A stretch of DNA of 62,055 bases, filler included, from 14 parts of 14 records of this genome joined end to end with filler, not necessarily neighbours in it, one strand, 5' to 3'. Counted from the whole stretch's first letter, positions 1-12,025 are shown. Program-made: numbers and translations. The notes: generated from the letters alone by a model not told the origin.

Positions 1-260
1 ACTTGAATAAACGGACACTCATCTGCAAAAGGTAGAACTCCGGCAGTCAGGCTCGTCAGGCCGGTCAGGCTAAGTCGTCACGGTCCCGCGCGCCGTCCCA
101 ATTCAACGGAAAAACAGACCACCAAACCTTTGGCGGGCTGACAGCAATAACACAACTCCCGACCGCGTCTGCCGACAGCTGGCTCACTCGCTCACTGCCT
201 TGGCGGCAGTCTATTCCCCTACCCGCCGTGCTGATATCTTGACCACCCCGCTCGACGTGA

Positions 261-1109
261 ATGGAGCACGCTCTGGATGAGCTGCTACAGCCATACGTAC
301 GAGATCTGCAGAAGCAGGACGATGTGCAGCAGAGTCCAACTGATTGCGCCACAGAGTACCAGCGTGCCAAGCCCACGTCGCCGCAGCTGGATGGATACCG
401 CACCGATGGGCGAGCATGGCACCGATCCCCGCACTCCATCGCTGAGGTGAGGACGGACGGTTACGTGTGCAGCCAGGTGGAGGAGATTCTGGGTCAGTAC
501 CGCGTCGCTGCGAAGCAGCAGTGGGCCATGCTCGAACGACGGATGACCGACTCGGCTGGGCGGCCCCGCTCGCGCTCGGCAGTTGAGAACTTGGGGTTTG
601 AGCGGGCCTACTCGTGCAGTGCGGCTGTCCTGAACGTGCTGATGATTTCCATCCACGGCTCCAATTCAGCATTCGCGGTGGACGATATCGATCTCGGGCT
701 GTCCTCGCTTGAGGAGCATTCCGAGATCTCACGCTACCATACGCTGGGCTGCTCAGCACGTGTGCTGCTGGCGATGCTCAAGTCTTATGGCTGGCGCCAG
801 ATGCACCGGCCAGGGATCTCCCACCGCGGCTTTTCCGGGTTTGTAAAGAGGCGGGAGCCAGGGGCACAAGCTTACGTGCTGAACAACACTGTGCATTGGC
901 TGGTGCTGGTGCAACTAATGTACTGTCTGGAAGCGAGCAGCTGGCTTTGGGTTTTGCACGACCCTGATGATAAAGACGCTTGGTGGTTCTACATCGGTAC
1001 AGATGACCAATTGGATGCTTTCATAGAGAAATTCGTAGCCGATGGGGACAATCACAAACCGCCGAGACAGAATTGGGTGATTCCGCTTGCGTTCTCGGAT
1101 CCATCTTGA
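261..1109 (+). CDS. Divergent Josephin/ataxin-3-like papain-fold cysteine protease (putative)
   Basis: 282-aa ORF; FERAYSCSAAVLNVLM, GCSARVLLAMLKSYG, AYVLNNTVHWLVL and WVLHDPD occur in the order of the Josephin Cys/His/Asp(Asn) motifs. Confidence 0.45.
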   Translation: MEHALDELLQPYVRDLQKQDDVQQSPTDCATEYQRAKPTSPQLDGYRTDGRAWHRSPHSIAEVRTDGYVCSQVEEILGQYRVAAKQQWAMLERRMTDSAGRPRSRSAVENLGFERAYSCSAAVLNVLMISIHGSNSAFAVDDIDLGLSSLEEHSEISRYHTLGCSARVLLAMLKSYGWRQMHRPGISHRGFSGFVKRREPGAQAYVLNNTVHWLVLVQLMYCLEASSWLWVLHDPDDKDAWWFYIGTDDQLDAFIEKFVADGDNHKPPRQNWVIPLAFSDPS

Positions 1110-1338
1110 CCGAATTAAGATCCAACAACAACGCAACGCCGCTAGCTTATTGTAAAACGATGATAGATAACTGTAAGATAACTGCTACAAGATGATAAAA
1201 ATATATTCTGATTGACATGTCTCACTTTTGTTCACTCTTCGGATTCATTCCGGTGCCTTGCCCACATTTCTTACTTGTCGCCGCATCCAAACAGGCATTC
1301 AGCTGGACTGACGGCGAAGAACGCCACAGAGTTGATTA

Positions 1339-2064
1339 CTAGGCAAAGTATTCCTGCATCGCCTTCAGCTCATCTTGCCTCTTGAATCGTGAATCCTGCA
1401 GGACCTGGCCGGCATAATTATTGAGTGTGCGTGCACTGTACGACGCACCTGGGCATCTGCATCGTTCGAGAAGTCGACTGTCCATTCAACAAATGTAGTA
1501 TTGTCCTGCATCCACAGTGGTCGGCACGGCGGTACCTTGAGCTACCTGGGTGACGCGTTTGAGCGAGATCTGGTGCAGGCAACTCGAGACCTCCACGCCG
1601 TCGGTCCGCTCGAGCAGGTCTAGCACCAAGGTCCGCCGGAAGTCTGGACAACGGTCAGGCTGCACGCGCTGCCGGTACACCCGAGAGCTCCTGGAGCTGC
1701 ACAGTCCAGCTGGTGCCGTCCTTAAAATTGAGCTTGTGCACCGAGCCGACCTTCAGGCGCCAAGCTCGAGGCCGGGGCCGCCCAGCAGTTACCTCGTTGG
1801 CGCACTCGCCGCTAACGAGCTCGCCGCCCTCGATTTTGTCGTTGTACGCGAAATCCATGGCGCGCAGGCTGCTCCATACCTGCCCGTCGTCGCCCCTGTC
1901 GGCAGGTGCGGGCCCATACTGAGTCAACGTCTGCCGGAATCACCGCGCTCTCGTAGACTTGGGTCGAGCATGGCACTGTCGAGCGGGTTCTGTGGCCATC
2001 CACACCCCAACTCAGCACCCCAGGGCTGGCCCAACTCGGCTCACCGGGTAAGCTGAGGAGGCAT
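1339..2064 (-). CDS. Bet v1-like / SRPBCC (polyketide cyclase/dehydrase fold) protein, about 6 introns
   Basis: Spliced product MPPQLTRTRSTVPCSTQVYESAVIPADVDSVWSSLRAMDF...FKDGTSWTVQLQELSD...DNTTFVEWTVDFSNDADAQVLQDSRFKRQDELKAMQEYFA*; GT-AG introns restore the frame. Confidence 0.75.
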
Positions 2065-2116
2065 TGCAGTGCCGTTGCAACGGAAACCCGGGCGGCCTCT
2101 AGGACTGAAGTGGTGA
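2065..2116. promoter_or_regulatory. 52-bp bidirectional promoter with palindromic CCGTTGCAACGG (two inverted YAACGG sites, 2072-2083)
   Basis: Lies between divergent ATGs at 2064(-) and 2117(+); perfect 12-bp palindrome. Confidence 0.6.
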
Positions 2117-3231
2117 ATGGGCGACAGCGGCTGGGGGGCGGCGGGAATCCGGCCGGAGGACACCGGCTCAGCGGCGGATGCGGTGCTCAGCCAGTCTGGG
2201 CCGCTGATTGGTGCGATGGGCAGTTTTATTCGGGGGCTAACGTCACCAACTACCAGGGGAGCTCGCGAGTCAGGGAGATCCAGAAGCAGCTGGCCAACCG
2301 GGCCATCCAGCTGCTCGGCCTGCCGGCGGCGTATCAGGGTCTGCTGCTCGACATAGGCTGTGGCACGGTGCCCTGGCAGCCCAGCCACTGGCGCGAGCGG
2401 CCGGCAGGGACTCAGCGGGCAACAAATCAGTGCGCACGGCCACCAATGGATCGGGTTCGACATCAGCCCCGAAATGCTTGGTGACTTGTCTGGCGCGGCC
2501 CTGCAATGGCGAGCCATCTGCTGGCAGGGGTGGCTGTGGAGCAAGGATCTCAGGGTGATCTGTTCGCACAGGACGCTGGCGGGCCGTTCAGATTTCGTCC
2601 GAAAGTGTTCGATGGGGCAATCAGGTCTGCCCTGCACTCGTCAAACAGCATTACTGAAAGCCTCTGCTGCAGTGTTTCAGCAATTCAGTGGCTATGCACA
2701 AACGACGAAGCGTCCTCAGAGGCCCGAGTCCGGACCTTGTTTCAGGTTTGAGCCATTTGCCTGCCGTTGCATAATTCTGACTTCTAGTTGCAGTGTCTGA
2801 AGAGAGCTCTTGTGGCTGGGGGCAGAGCTGCACTGCAATTTTATCCAGAAGCCAGCGCCCACGTGAGCCAGATGGAGGCACTTGATTTCAATGGCTGGAT
2901 GCAGGTGAAGCGGCTGGCTGAAGCGGCCAAGCAGGCTGGCTGGTCTGGTGGGCTGCTGGTCGACTATCCAAACAGCGCCAAGGGGAAGAAGTTCTTCTTG
3001 GTGCTCCAAGCTCCAGGAAAGCGCAAGGCCCCTGCAAAAGTCAAGGCAACTAATTCCAACCAGCCGGCAAAGCGAGCGCGAGCTGATTTGGAAGCTAAAG
3101 AGGCCGGAATGTCCGAAGGTCAAAGGCTCAAGATGGAGAAGAGGATTGCTAAAATGGGCTGGGCACCAGGAATGTGGCGACTAAAGAACGCAAAGAAAGA
3201 ACCGTTGCTGGATGCTGATCCGGATGAATAA
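2117..3231 (+). CDS. BUD23: 18S rRNA (guanine-N7) methyltransferase Bud23/WBSCR22, 6 introns
   Basis: Spliced motifs RPE..FY, LLDIGCGTGLSG, HQWIGFDISPEML, FDGAISVSAIQWLC, GRAALQFYPE, GGLLVDYPNSAKGKKFFLVL. Confidence 0.9.
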
Positions 3232-3410
3232 CATTCGGTGTTGTTAGTTTCTAGATCAATAGAATACAAGGCTTAGAGCTCTTGTGTGCACATGATGATT
3301 GATTCCTCACGCGAACGACGGCCGCGAAAACATGTAATTAAACAGAACGTTATTCATTGTCTTGGTGCCTCAAGTCATAATTATGGCAGACAGGCACCCG
3401 GCCTTGCTAG

Positions 3411-4689
3411 TTAACAACCGTCTTTGGCATGCTTGTGGCTAGTCCTCAACTTGATGTCCCATATCTCTTGTAGATAGTTCTCGTACTTCTTTGATGCCCC
3501 TGAATCGTGTCCAAAGAAAGCACAATGCCCGCCGTTGATCACAGCCACCCGCTTGTTACAAAGGCCCAGATCTTGGCCCTTGTCGCTGTGGACCAGATCG
3601 AACCCGTCCTCAACTTCCCCAGACTCGTACTTGAACGACCACGCTTGGAACAGCCGCACGGCGTAGTCGGGCAGCATCATGTTGTCCTCAAATGCCCAAA
3701 ACACAAAGTAACTGCCCTGGATCATTGTCGCCTTGTTTTCATTATCGTACTGATCGGTGACGTACCGCTCCAACCTTGGGTCCGTTATTCCTGACCGGAA
3801 CATTGTGCTGACACTGGCCTTGATTAGCCAACTTGGGACCCGGCTGCTAAACTCCTTGGCGCAGGTTAACGCCACTTCATGGGCATTGACAAAGGTCTGA
3901 TCTACAGTGCAATGCAGCCCAGGATTGGCAGCGGCTGCTGCCGAGGCTAACGCCCCACCTATGGAGAGGCCATGCACAAGCATCCTATCCAACGGCAAGC
4001 CAGTCTCAGCTGCAGCATGATCAACCGCAGCTTGCGCATCGAAGTAGGTGGTGAGCTCCGATGTGGTGACAAAGCTCGACTCGGCGTAGCCTCCCATGGT
4101 TATAACCACAGCTGTGATGCCACGCACAGAATACCACTTGGCCCACAGTGCCATGTCCAGGCAAATCATGGCGTTGGCGTGGAACAGGATTGCACAGGCA
4201 CTGTTATCCGCCCCCCGGGGCGGCACTGTGTAACCATCGAGGGTCCGGCCGTCGGCTGTTGCTATTTGGAAGAACACCGCACCTGCACAGCACATCAGAG
4301 ATGAGGGCCGTCGGGCATGCATTGTGCGGGCTACCGGTGGCCTTCTGCACCCGCAGGCGCCAATCCTCGACGCTGTTGATGCCGTAGCTCTCGAACCCGC
4401 GCTTGGTCAGGTTCTCCTGCAGGCTCACCCCGTGGTTGACAAAGAAGGTCTTCTGGCGCAGCAGCTTGCTCAGCCGCCCGCCGGCGTCCCCAGGCGACCG
4501 CGGCAGCGGTTCGCTGGTGTTGGCGTCGTCGGCCGGCGGCTCGGACACCACCACATACCCGACCTCCTTGGCCTGCTCCAGCTCGGCCTTGCGCAGCGAC
4601 TCCTCCGCCAGCGCGAGCATCTTCTGCTGGAAGTCCTCCTCCGCCTCCTCCCCGGGCAGGGCGGCCTCAGTCTCCTCCGCAGCCGCCAT
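3411..4689 (-). CDS. Alpha/beta hydrolase (ABHD13/ABHD16-like)
   Basis: ILFHANA oxyanion region, VHGLSIGG nucleophile elbow, EDNMM Asp, GGHC His; one GT-AG intron joins ORFs 4204..4689 and 3411..4322. Confidence 0.8.
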
Positions 4690-4760
4690 CCCTCGCCCTG
4701 GCCCTCACCTCTGCCTCAGGCTCCAGCACATGTTGCGTTCCTTTCACAATCTAACGGATA

Positions 4761-4860
4761 NNNNNNNNNNNNNNNNNNNNNNNNNNNNNNNNNNNNNNNN
4801 NNNNTTAATTAATTAANNNNNNNNNNNNNNNNNNNNNNNNNNNNNNNNNNNNNNNNNNNN
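4761..4860. other. Artificial contig spacer N44-TTAATTAATTAA-N44
   Basis: Identical 100-bp six-frame-stop linker repeated 13 times in the window. Confidence 0.98.
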
Positions 4861-4896
4861 CTTGCCCTTGCCCTTGCCTTTGCCCTTGCCTTTGCC
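4861..4896 (-). repeat. (GGCAAR)n hexamer repeat encoding GKGKGK
   Basis: cttgcccttgcccttgcctttgcccttgcctttgcc at the contig end. Confidence 0.8.
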
Positions 4897-6838
4897 TGGA
4901 CAGCCCAGACTCATCCACCAATGAGTGGGGCGGCGCACCTCCTTTGCCCATGACTGGTGCTGCAGGAGCCTCGCCTCCTTTGCCTGCCGGGCCTCCAGCA
5001 TCGGCCACCATCTGGTCCGCGGCCGTCTGCGCCGTCCGGTCAGGCGCCCAGCGGCCAACCACGGCGCACCTGAGTGACATTCGCCACGGGCGCAGCAGCT
5101 GGGGTCGGGGCCGGCAGCGCAGCGACGGGCGCGGCCTCAGGAGGCGCTGCAGCCACCGGCGCAGCTTCAGGTTCGCGGCTCGAACTGCGCTTACGTCGTC
5201 TCTGTACCCAGCGCAGGTGAGAGGGCCAAGCGAGCAGTTGGGTACCTCCTTGGGCTGTGCTACGCTCTTACCAGCGTACTGGTTGGCGTCAGCCTCCCTG
5301 GTGACCCCTGCGCCGCTCACTCAGCTCAGGCAGCGCCCAACGGACCTATCCGACGGCTAGCGTGGTCCTTCTTCTTCTTCTCGGCCTTGGCAAATACTAC
5401 AGCCTGAGCCGCGAGTCAGCAGGGCAGCGAGCGGAGCACAACCTGGCCCTTCTTCACTCTCTTGAGCATCTCCTTCTCGAGATCACTGGGCGCGCTCGAG
5501 CAATCCTTAACGTCCTCCTTGATCTCGACGTCCGCGAAGAACGGGAGCATCAGCAGGTCCTTGACTGAGCAGAGTTGGTTCTCCTCTGTCGGCCTGAAGA
5601 TCCCGTGAAGTATATCCACGACCTGCTCACGCTCGGCCTGGCCCAGCTGGCGGGCACCTCGCGGTAGCAGTGCGACGGCAGGCAGTCCAAGATCCCGGCG
5701 GTCTGTAGCTCCCATCCGACAGACATTTCGTACAAGACCTGCCCCGCTTGTCGCTCCGGTCCCTCTTGCAGAGGTCGGCACCTGTCCAAAGCAGAGGACT
5801 TCTGGGTCGGTCTGGCCCGCCGCTGGCGACTCAGCCAACAGCACGGCGTATCTGTCCCTGCAGTCGGCACAATCGACTGGCTGTGGCTGCACCGTGGCTG
5901 CAGCCCTAGCATTGCCGATTCGATCTCAGACAGTCGACAGACCTTCTTATCCCTGTCCAACAGCTCAGCGGCGGCCCGTCGGCGCGGGGCACTTGTCGAG
6001 GATTACGTTCCCCGAGTGCAGGTGCGGATACGGCACGTGTCGTCGCCTGAGGAAGTAGAGGCCCTCGAGGATTTGGCGGCCATACAGCCGGATCTGCCAC
6101 CGACTATCGTGCGCGGACGCCGGCCAGCCGTGGGCACCAGCCGGATCGAGAGCTGGCTGCCGGCCTTCTGGTACTTGGTCTCGAAGCTGTCCCTCGGGTT
6201 CTTAATCTTGACTATGGAGTCTCGGAGGGAGCCAGCCCTGCCAGCGACTGGTGAGTGCCCGGTGGCAGCTCGGGCGGACTTTGTGAACGGCCGGAAGATC
6301 ACCGCCTGCTGCCGCTCGGACATGTAGTCTACCTGCCCCCCTGGCTGGCCGGCTGCCCCGCCCGGCGCGGCCACCTCGAGCATCGGCAGCACGTACGGGT
6401 GTTTGAGCCCCTCCAGGAACCCGGTGAACAGCGCCTTGTTGGCCTCGACGTGCAGTGCGAGCGGACTCTCCTGCCGCGCGAGAACCGGATCGGACCGCCA
6501 GAGAGGCGCCGGTCGCGGGGCACCTCGCTTCGGGCCACCATCACCATGGCGCGCTCTTCCTTGGTCTGCGGGTTGTTAACCAGGAAGTATTGCTTCTCAT
6601 GCGGCCGCTTGCCTGGCCCCAGCGGCTGGACCGGCTGGCCTGGGCTGTCCGGGGGGCACCGACGGGGAGGTACGGGTGCTTGGCCAGAACGTGCGACTGG
6701 CAGGACCGGAGGTACATCCCTGCGAGCTGGGTGGCATCCTGTATCGCCTTCTGCTCCTCCGCGGAAAGGTCTGCCACCGCCCGGGATAAGCACAGCTCCG
6801 CCGCCCCGGCCAGACGCACTTCCTTGTCCGTTGCCCAT
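4861..6838 (-). CDS. PXK/Slob-family pseudokinase, N-myristoylation motif, Pro/Ala-rich and GK-repeat C-terminus; 3' truncated, about 14 introns
   Basis: Spliced motifs LKHPYVLP, GSLRDSI, YGRQILEGLYFL, PYPHLHSGNVIL, CRLSEIESAMLGL, VLCFGQVLYEM resemble the PXK kinase-like domain; starts MGNGQG. Confidence 0.7.
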
Positions 6839-7104
6839 CGCCCACCGCCTGCGCGAGCCGACGCCCAGCTGCCTGCAGGCCTCTCCTGAAGCGTAGGGCT
6901 GTGCCGTTGCGGGGTTTCCTTTTATTCCGCCAACGTTAACTGTAAATAAATGCACCGACCTCAATACTGACTTTGCACACTTGCTATGTACATGCGTCGC
7001 TACACGCAGCTTGGCAATCAGCGCACAAAGCCACGATTTTCCAAGCCCAAACGCCAGTCATCCGTCAAAATCCGTCCACACACACAATCGCAACGCTCGA
7101 CGTG

Positions 7105-7938
7105 TCAGCTCTTGTTCGGCGTCATGCTACTGTTTAACACTTGTTGCAGCGCCATCTCGCCCTGAGCTGAGCCGTCGACCACCGCCTCGATCAGCTGGCG
7201 CACCCGCGCCTGGGCCTCAGTCGACGGGGCTGTCTGCTCACCTGTTGAGTTCCCCGCTTCTAGGATGATAGCCTCTGCCCTCTCCCTCCCGCCTTGTATC
7301 GCGGTGGCCTCTCGGCTCCGCCCGCCCTCCTCCAGGATGCAGTTCATCCGGCTCAGGAAATCATCCTCCCCGACCTGTGCCCCCTCCTCGGGCCCCTCCT
7401 CCTGGAGCACGCTCGGGCCCGGGCCGGCCTCCTCCTCCTCCTCCTCCTCTTCTGCCCGGCGCAAATCCAGCTCGGCCTGGAGCGCCTCCAGCCCCTGCTG
7501 CAGCCCGCCCCCCGCCAGCATCTCCGGCGGCCCGGTCGGCAGCGGGGCCACCAGCTGGCCCACTCGCATCGCCTCGCACTCTGGGCAGCCGGCCCTGGTT
7601 GCCTCGACCAGCCGGGCCTCCACCGTCTCCCGGGCCAGCCGCTCCGCCTCGAGCAGCCTCTCCAGACTGGCCCGGGCCCGCCGCTCGTCCTCGAGCGCCC
7701 GGTACGCCTGCTGGCGCGCCTCGAGCTCCAGCTGCACCTGCCGCTCCAGCGCCGTCCGCTGGGCATTCTCGCGCATAAGCCGCTTCTGCAGCCCCCGGAT
7801 CCGCTCCGTGGCCGAGGCCAGCGAGCCTGCCGCCGGTGTCTCCTTCGAAGCACCACCACGGGCTTCTCCCGGAGACGCGCCGTCGGGCCTCGGCATCATC
7901 CGTTGCATTTCGTCCGCGCGGCCGGCCGGTGCAGACAT
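7105..7938 (-). CDS. Coiled-coil, Glu-rich hypothetical protein (start uncertain)
   Basis: Heptad-rich ERIRGLQKRLMRENAQRTALERQVQLELE; Glu tract; coding-like GC3. Confidence 0.55.
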   Translation of the reverse strand: MSAPAGRADEMQRMMPRPDGASPGEARGGASKETPAAGSLASATERIRGLQKRLMRENAQRTALERQVQLELEARQQAYRALEDERRARASLERLLEAERLARETVEARLVEATRAGCPECEAMRVGQLVAPLPTGPPEMLAGGGLQQGLEALQAELDLRRAEEEEEEEEAGPGPSVLQEEGPEEGAQVGEDDFLSRMNCILEEGGRSREATAIQGGRERAEAIILEAGNSTGEQTAPSTEAQARVRQLIEAVVDGSAQGEMALQQVLNSSMTPNKS

Positions 7939-7993
7939 GCCGCTCGAGTGGCCTCCGCCCCCGCCGGGCTGGCGGGGCCCGCGGGGGCGAGCG

Positions 7994-8560
7994 ATGCTCG
8001 GGACCGACCGTTTGGCCACCCTCCGGCTGGGCGTGGTCCTTGCCGGGCTGGGCGTGGTCTGCGGCATCGCGTGCGGCCTGCAGGCCCAACTGGACGCCAT
8101 CCTAGACAAAGCCCGCCGGGACGCCATCGAATACCGCCCCCCGCCCAGCCGCGAGTACCCGGCGTCGGTGCTCACCCGCTGGCGCCAGAGCGCGCCCGAG
8201 CGACGGCCCGTCCAGCTGAGCCGGTGGATGCCGAGCGGACTGGTCGGGTATCAGCTACACGTGTACTGGGAGGACAGGGTCGAGCTGGGCACAGTGGTCG
8301 GGTACAACATCGGCCGGCGGAGCCACACGGTGCAGTACTACGCGGACGGCGCCCGGATCGAGCACAGGCTGGCCGGGGTGCGGTATAGGGTGATCGGGCT
8401 GGAGGGGCAACAATTGTGGGTGGACAGCTGGTTCTACCGGCACTTTCTGTCATTGTTGTGCGGGATCCTGGGCTGGGTGCTCTGGATCCTCGGCAAGTGG
8501 ACGCTCGCCATTTACGATGTGGTCGACCCTCCGCACTTTTTGTTTGAGGAAATGAGATAA
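7994..8560 (+). CDS. Small membrane protein with Tudor/SH3-like barrel flanked by hydrophobic helices
   Basis: N-terminal hydrophobic LGVVLAGLGVVCGIACG; LVGYQLHVYWED..GTVVGYN..HTVQYYADG; C-terminal hydrophobic segment. Confidence 0.55.
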   Translation: MLGTDRLATLRLGVVLAGLGVVCGIACGLQAQLDAILDKARRDAIEYRPPPSREYPASVLTRWRQSAPERRPVQLSRWMPSGLVGYQLHVYWEDRVELGTVVGYNIGRRSHTVQYYADGARIEHRLAGVRYRVIGLEGQQLWVDSWFYRHFLSLLCGILGWVLWILGKWTLAIYDVVDPPHFLFEEMR

Positions 8561-8766
8561 AGTTATATTATAATTAATGTTAAATCAATGACGTACCATG
8601 TGACGTACTATACAAGTAATTTCGGCGGAATAGCAACTCTAGCAACAATAGCAGACTGCTTGCACAAGCTGCCCACAACAGTCAGCTTGCACCTCTGCAC
8701 ATCCGACTTGTGTTGCCTGCTATCGGAACTTACTCGTGTTAGCTGCCGGTTTCCGGTAGCCCGCGT

Positions 8767-8866
8767 NNNNNNNNNNNNNNNNNNNNNNNNNNNNNNNNNN
8801 NNNNNNNNNNTTAATTAATTAANNNNNNNNNNNNNNNNNNNNNNNNNNNNNNNNNNNNNNNNNNNN
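8767..8866. other. Artificial contig spacer
   Basis: N44-TTAATTAATTAA-N44. Confidence 0.98.
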
Positions 8867-8896
8867 GGGGCTCGGGCGGCCGCCGATCGGCCGCAG

Positions 8897-9911
8897 GTGG
8901 AGTTGAAGATCCTGATGCTACGCGAGGCTATGGAGGAGCGCAAGTGAGCCGCGGCCGGCCGGCTGGAGGCGCGAGCGGGGGGCAGCTACTCCGAGGAGGA
9001 GATCGAGCAGAAGGTGGCCGAGATCCGGAAGCAGGTGGGCCGGGGCCGGCAGCCGAGCCGACCAGGGGGCAGCTGGCCGAGCAAGGCGAGCTCGCCAAGT
9101 CCGACGAGAGCAAGGCCAAGAGGCGCCCGCCAGACGGGTCAGCGCTCAGCCTGTGGCAGCTCGCACGCAATCGCCGAGGCCCAGGCCAAAAAGAACGCAG
9201 CTTTCGGCGGTATGCGACTCGGGGGTCGGCGCACTCACTGTGCGCAGCGGCAATGGGGATTTCACGGGACTACGAGGCCGGCTCGTCTTTCGATCAGGTA
9301 CGGTGCACCGGCTGTCAGCTGTCGACGGCTGGGTTCAGGACCTGCAGGAGCAGAAGAAGCAGGAGAGGATCGAACAGAGGGAGCGCGACTATGAGCAGAG
9401 GCAACGCGACTACGAGAAGCGGCAGCGCGACCGGGAGGAGGTGCCGGTCGATGGCGGGCCGGGCGCTTACCGTCTGGTGCAGCGGGAGCAGCAGGCGACT
9501 GAGCGGCAGCAGGTCAGAGAGCGAGAGCGAGAGCAGGTGCCCGGGTGGCTGGCTGGCTGGCTCAAGCCGAGGGCAGGACCGCGACCGCGATCGGCAGCGG
9601 GAGCAGCGGCGGCCCTCGCCCGACCGACGGTGCCGAGCTGCCGGAGGGCTGGGCTTAGCCGGGGGCGGCAACAGGCAGCGATCACCTGTGCGCCGGTCAC
9701 CTGTGCGCCGGTCGCCGCGCAGGTCGCCACGCCGGTCGCGATCACGAGACCGCCGGTCACGATCGCGTGAGCGCCGGTCCTCGCCCCGGCGGAGGAGGTC
9801 GCGCTCCTCGAGCAGCTCCTCTTCGAGTAGCGGGTGCGGAGTGTCTAAGCTGTCGGGATTGACCGGCTGAGCAGGTCGTCTTCGGATTCCGATGACAGGC
9901 GAAGGAAGTAG
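8897..9911 (+). CDS. CWC21: Pre-mRNA splicing factor Cwc21/SRRM2-like (cwf21 domain plus RS tail); 5' truncated, about 9 introns
   Basis: Spliced VELKILMLREAMEERNYSEEEIEQKVAEIRKQL...SHAIAEAQAKKNAAFGAAMGISRDYEAGSSFDQDLQ, followed by RSP/RS repeats. Confidence 0.8.
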
Positions 9912-10277
9912 CCCGCACCCAGTGTGCTCGACCGTGCCATATATCCAGATCTTGACGCTCGGAACGCAGCTCTTCCGCTTCACTAACGTTAATCCGACTA
10001 TCCAGTATCTACGGAATATACATGTAAAATTGTAACGATCGAATCGCGAGGTGGTGAAACCAAATATCACAATCAACTAGGCCCACGTTCCCTGTCCTTC
10101 TGGAGATTTGTTTAGTTGTGCACACAAGTATGAGTCGATGAGTCCTCAAGTCACGATTTCGAGCGACGCGAGCGACGGCGAGCAGCGAGCACATCACCGC
10201 CTCAGGCTTCTCAAGCAGTCAAGCTTCGATCCCCGGGGACTCTTCGGCAGCTCGGGCAGCCACGGGAGTGCTGGGCC

Positions 10278-12025
10278 ATGTCTAGGAGGGGCTCGGACGC
10301 GGGGCACCGGCGGGACGGCTCGGGAGGCGCCGGGCAGGGCAGCGTGTCGTCGATGCTCCGGAACAACAGCGCGGGCGACTTGCACGGGCTGGAGGCGGCG
10401 GCGTCGGTGCACGGGCTGGACATGGAGGGGCTCGACCTTAGCCGGTACCCTATCAACATTAGCAAGGTCCGGCTGCGGGCAAACTCGCGCGACGGGCTCC
10501 AAGCGGTCAAGTTCATGCCGTGCAGGCACCGGCGGGTGGGCGGCTTCTTCTCCATGTTCCAGCGGAACAACTGCGCCGGGAACGCGCTGGTTGGTTTCGT
10601 CCGGAACTTCCTGGCCGGGGTGTCGGTCAAGGTGATGGTCAAGCTGCTCCGGTCCATGCTCACCATGAAGCTCCCCAGCCTCTTCGGGGCCTATGGCCTG
10701 CTCGACGAAGGTGGCCCCCGCCCGGCCCGCCGCCGCTCACCGCCGGCAGACACGCTCCGGTTCGGGCTGTTCACCGGCGGGTTCACCGGGCTCTACCGGG
10801 CCTCGCTCTGCGCGCTGCGGCACCTGATCCGCGAGGACTCTTTGCTCAATGCGTACTGCGCCGGCTACCTCGGTGCGGGTCACTGCTGCGGGGCTGGCTG
10901 AGCCACGGGCAGCCTCAGTGGTGATCTACATCCTGCCGGCGCCCGACCGGGTGCCGATCGCTGTGTACCTGTTTGTGCGGGCGCTGCGGGTGTTCGTGGA
11001 GGCCGGGCTGCGGCACCACTCGGACCGGATGCCAAAGGTGTTCACCTCGTTCAAGAACTTTGACACGGTTCTCTTCTCTTTCACAGCTGGCGTGATCCTC
11101 TACTGTTACATCTGCGCCCAGAACGTGCTGCCCAAGTCGTACCTCACCTTCCTGCTCCGCGCGGTGCCGGGCCCCTTGCCGGGCTCAGCTGGGGTCAGGG
11201 CCAGAAGGACCCTCGCGTGCTCTCCACACTCAACTCTGTGATAAGCCACTCGCCCTGGGACTCGGCCTCGGTGCTAGCGGCACGCGCCCTCGCACCCAGC
11301 CCGGGCAGGTGCTCTCGCTGCTGGCCGACCAGAACCAGCCGGCTAGTCTGCTGGGCCAGCACGATGGCACTTGCTGCCACCATGAGCCCATGTAGGACCT
11401 CCATTAGGGCTGCGGTGAGCGGAGACAGGTGTTCAATCCTGCACCCCGGAGTGGGCTGCCACCAGCACTACGTCCAGTTCGTGCTCAAGCACATGATGAC
11501 CATCTCGCTCCGCTTTTACCTCCCGCTCAACATTGTGGCTCTGCTCGTTTTTAACAGGAAGCGGGCCATGAGTGACCCGCTCAACAGCGGAATCAGGATG
11601 GCCAAGTCTGTGCTCCGGTCGGGCGCATTCCTCAGCCTCTACTGCGGCAACGCCTGGGTGCCGGCCGGGCCGGCTGCTGTCTGACTAGGCGGGCTCAGTA
11701 CTCTCAGTGCCTGACTAGGAGGGCGGGGTTGCTCACCCGGACGTCGATTCCGTTCATCATGGCGGCGGCCTCGGGGATGACTGTGCTGCTCGAGGAGAAA
11801 CAGCGCCGGCTGGAGCTGGCCATGTACTGCCTGAGTCCCACGATACAGGCGCTGTACAACTTGGGGCGGGATGCCGGGTGGTACAGCGTGGCGGCCGAGG
11901 AGGGGCATGTGGCGACTATGTTTGCGGTGGCGATGGGGACCATCATGGCCGGGCACGAAATGGACCTCGGGCACCTGCAGCCCACCTTTGAGCAAATCCT
12001 CAAGAACCTGCTCGGCCTCAATTGA
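10278..12025 (+). CDS. TMEM135-family (Tim17/PMP24 superfamily) membrane protein, multi-exon
   Basis: DTLRFGLFTGGFTGLYRASLCALR, LPKSYLTFL, CSILHPG..C, FYLPLN, RSGAFLSLY, LLEEKQRRLELAMYCL. Confidence 0.75.

Noticed and set aside
6085-6148. GATCCGGCTG direct repeat flanking a PXK-like intron as a target-site duplication
   Set aside because: The spliced protein length matches PXK spacing before YGRQILE with no net insertion; single case
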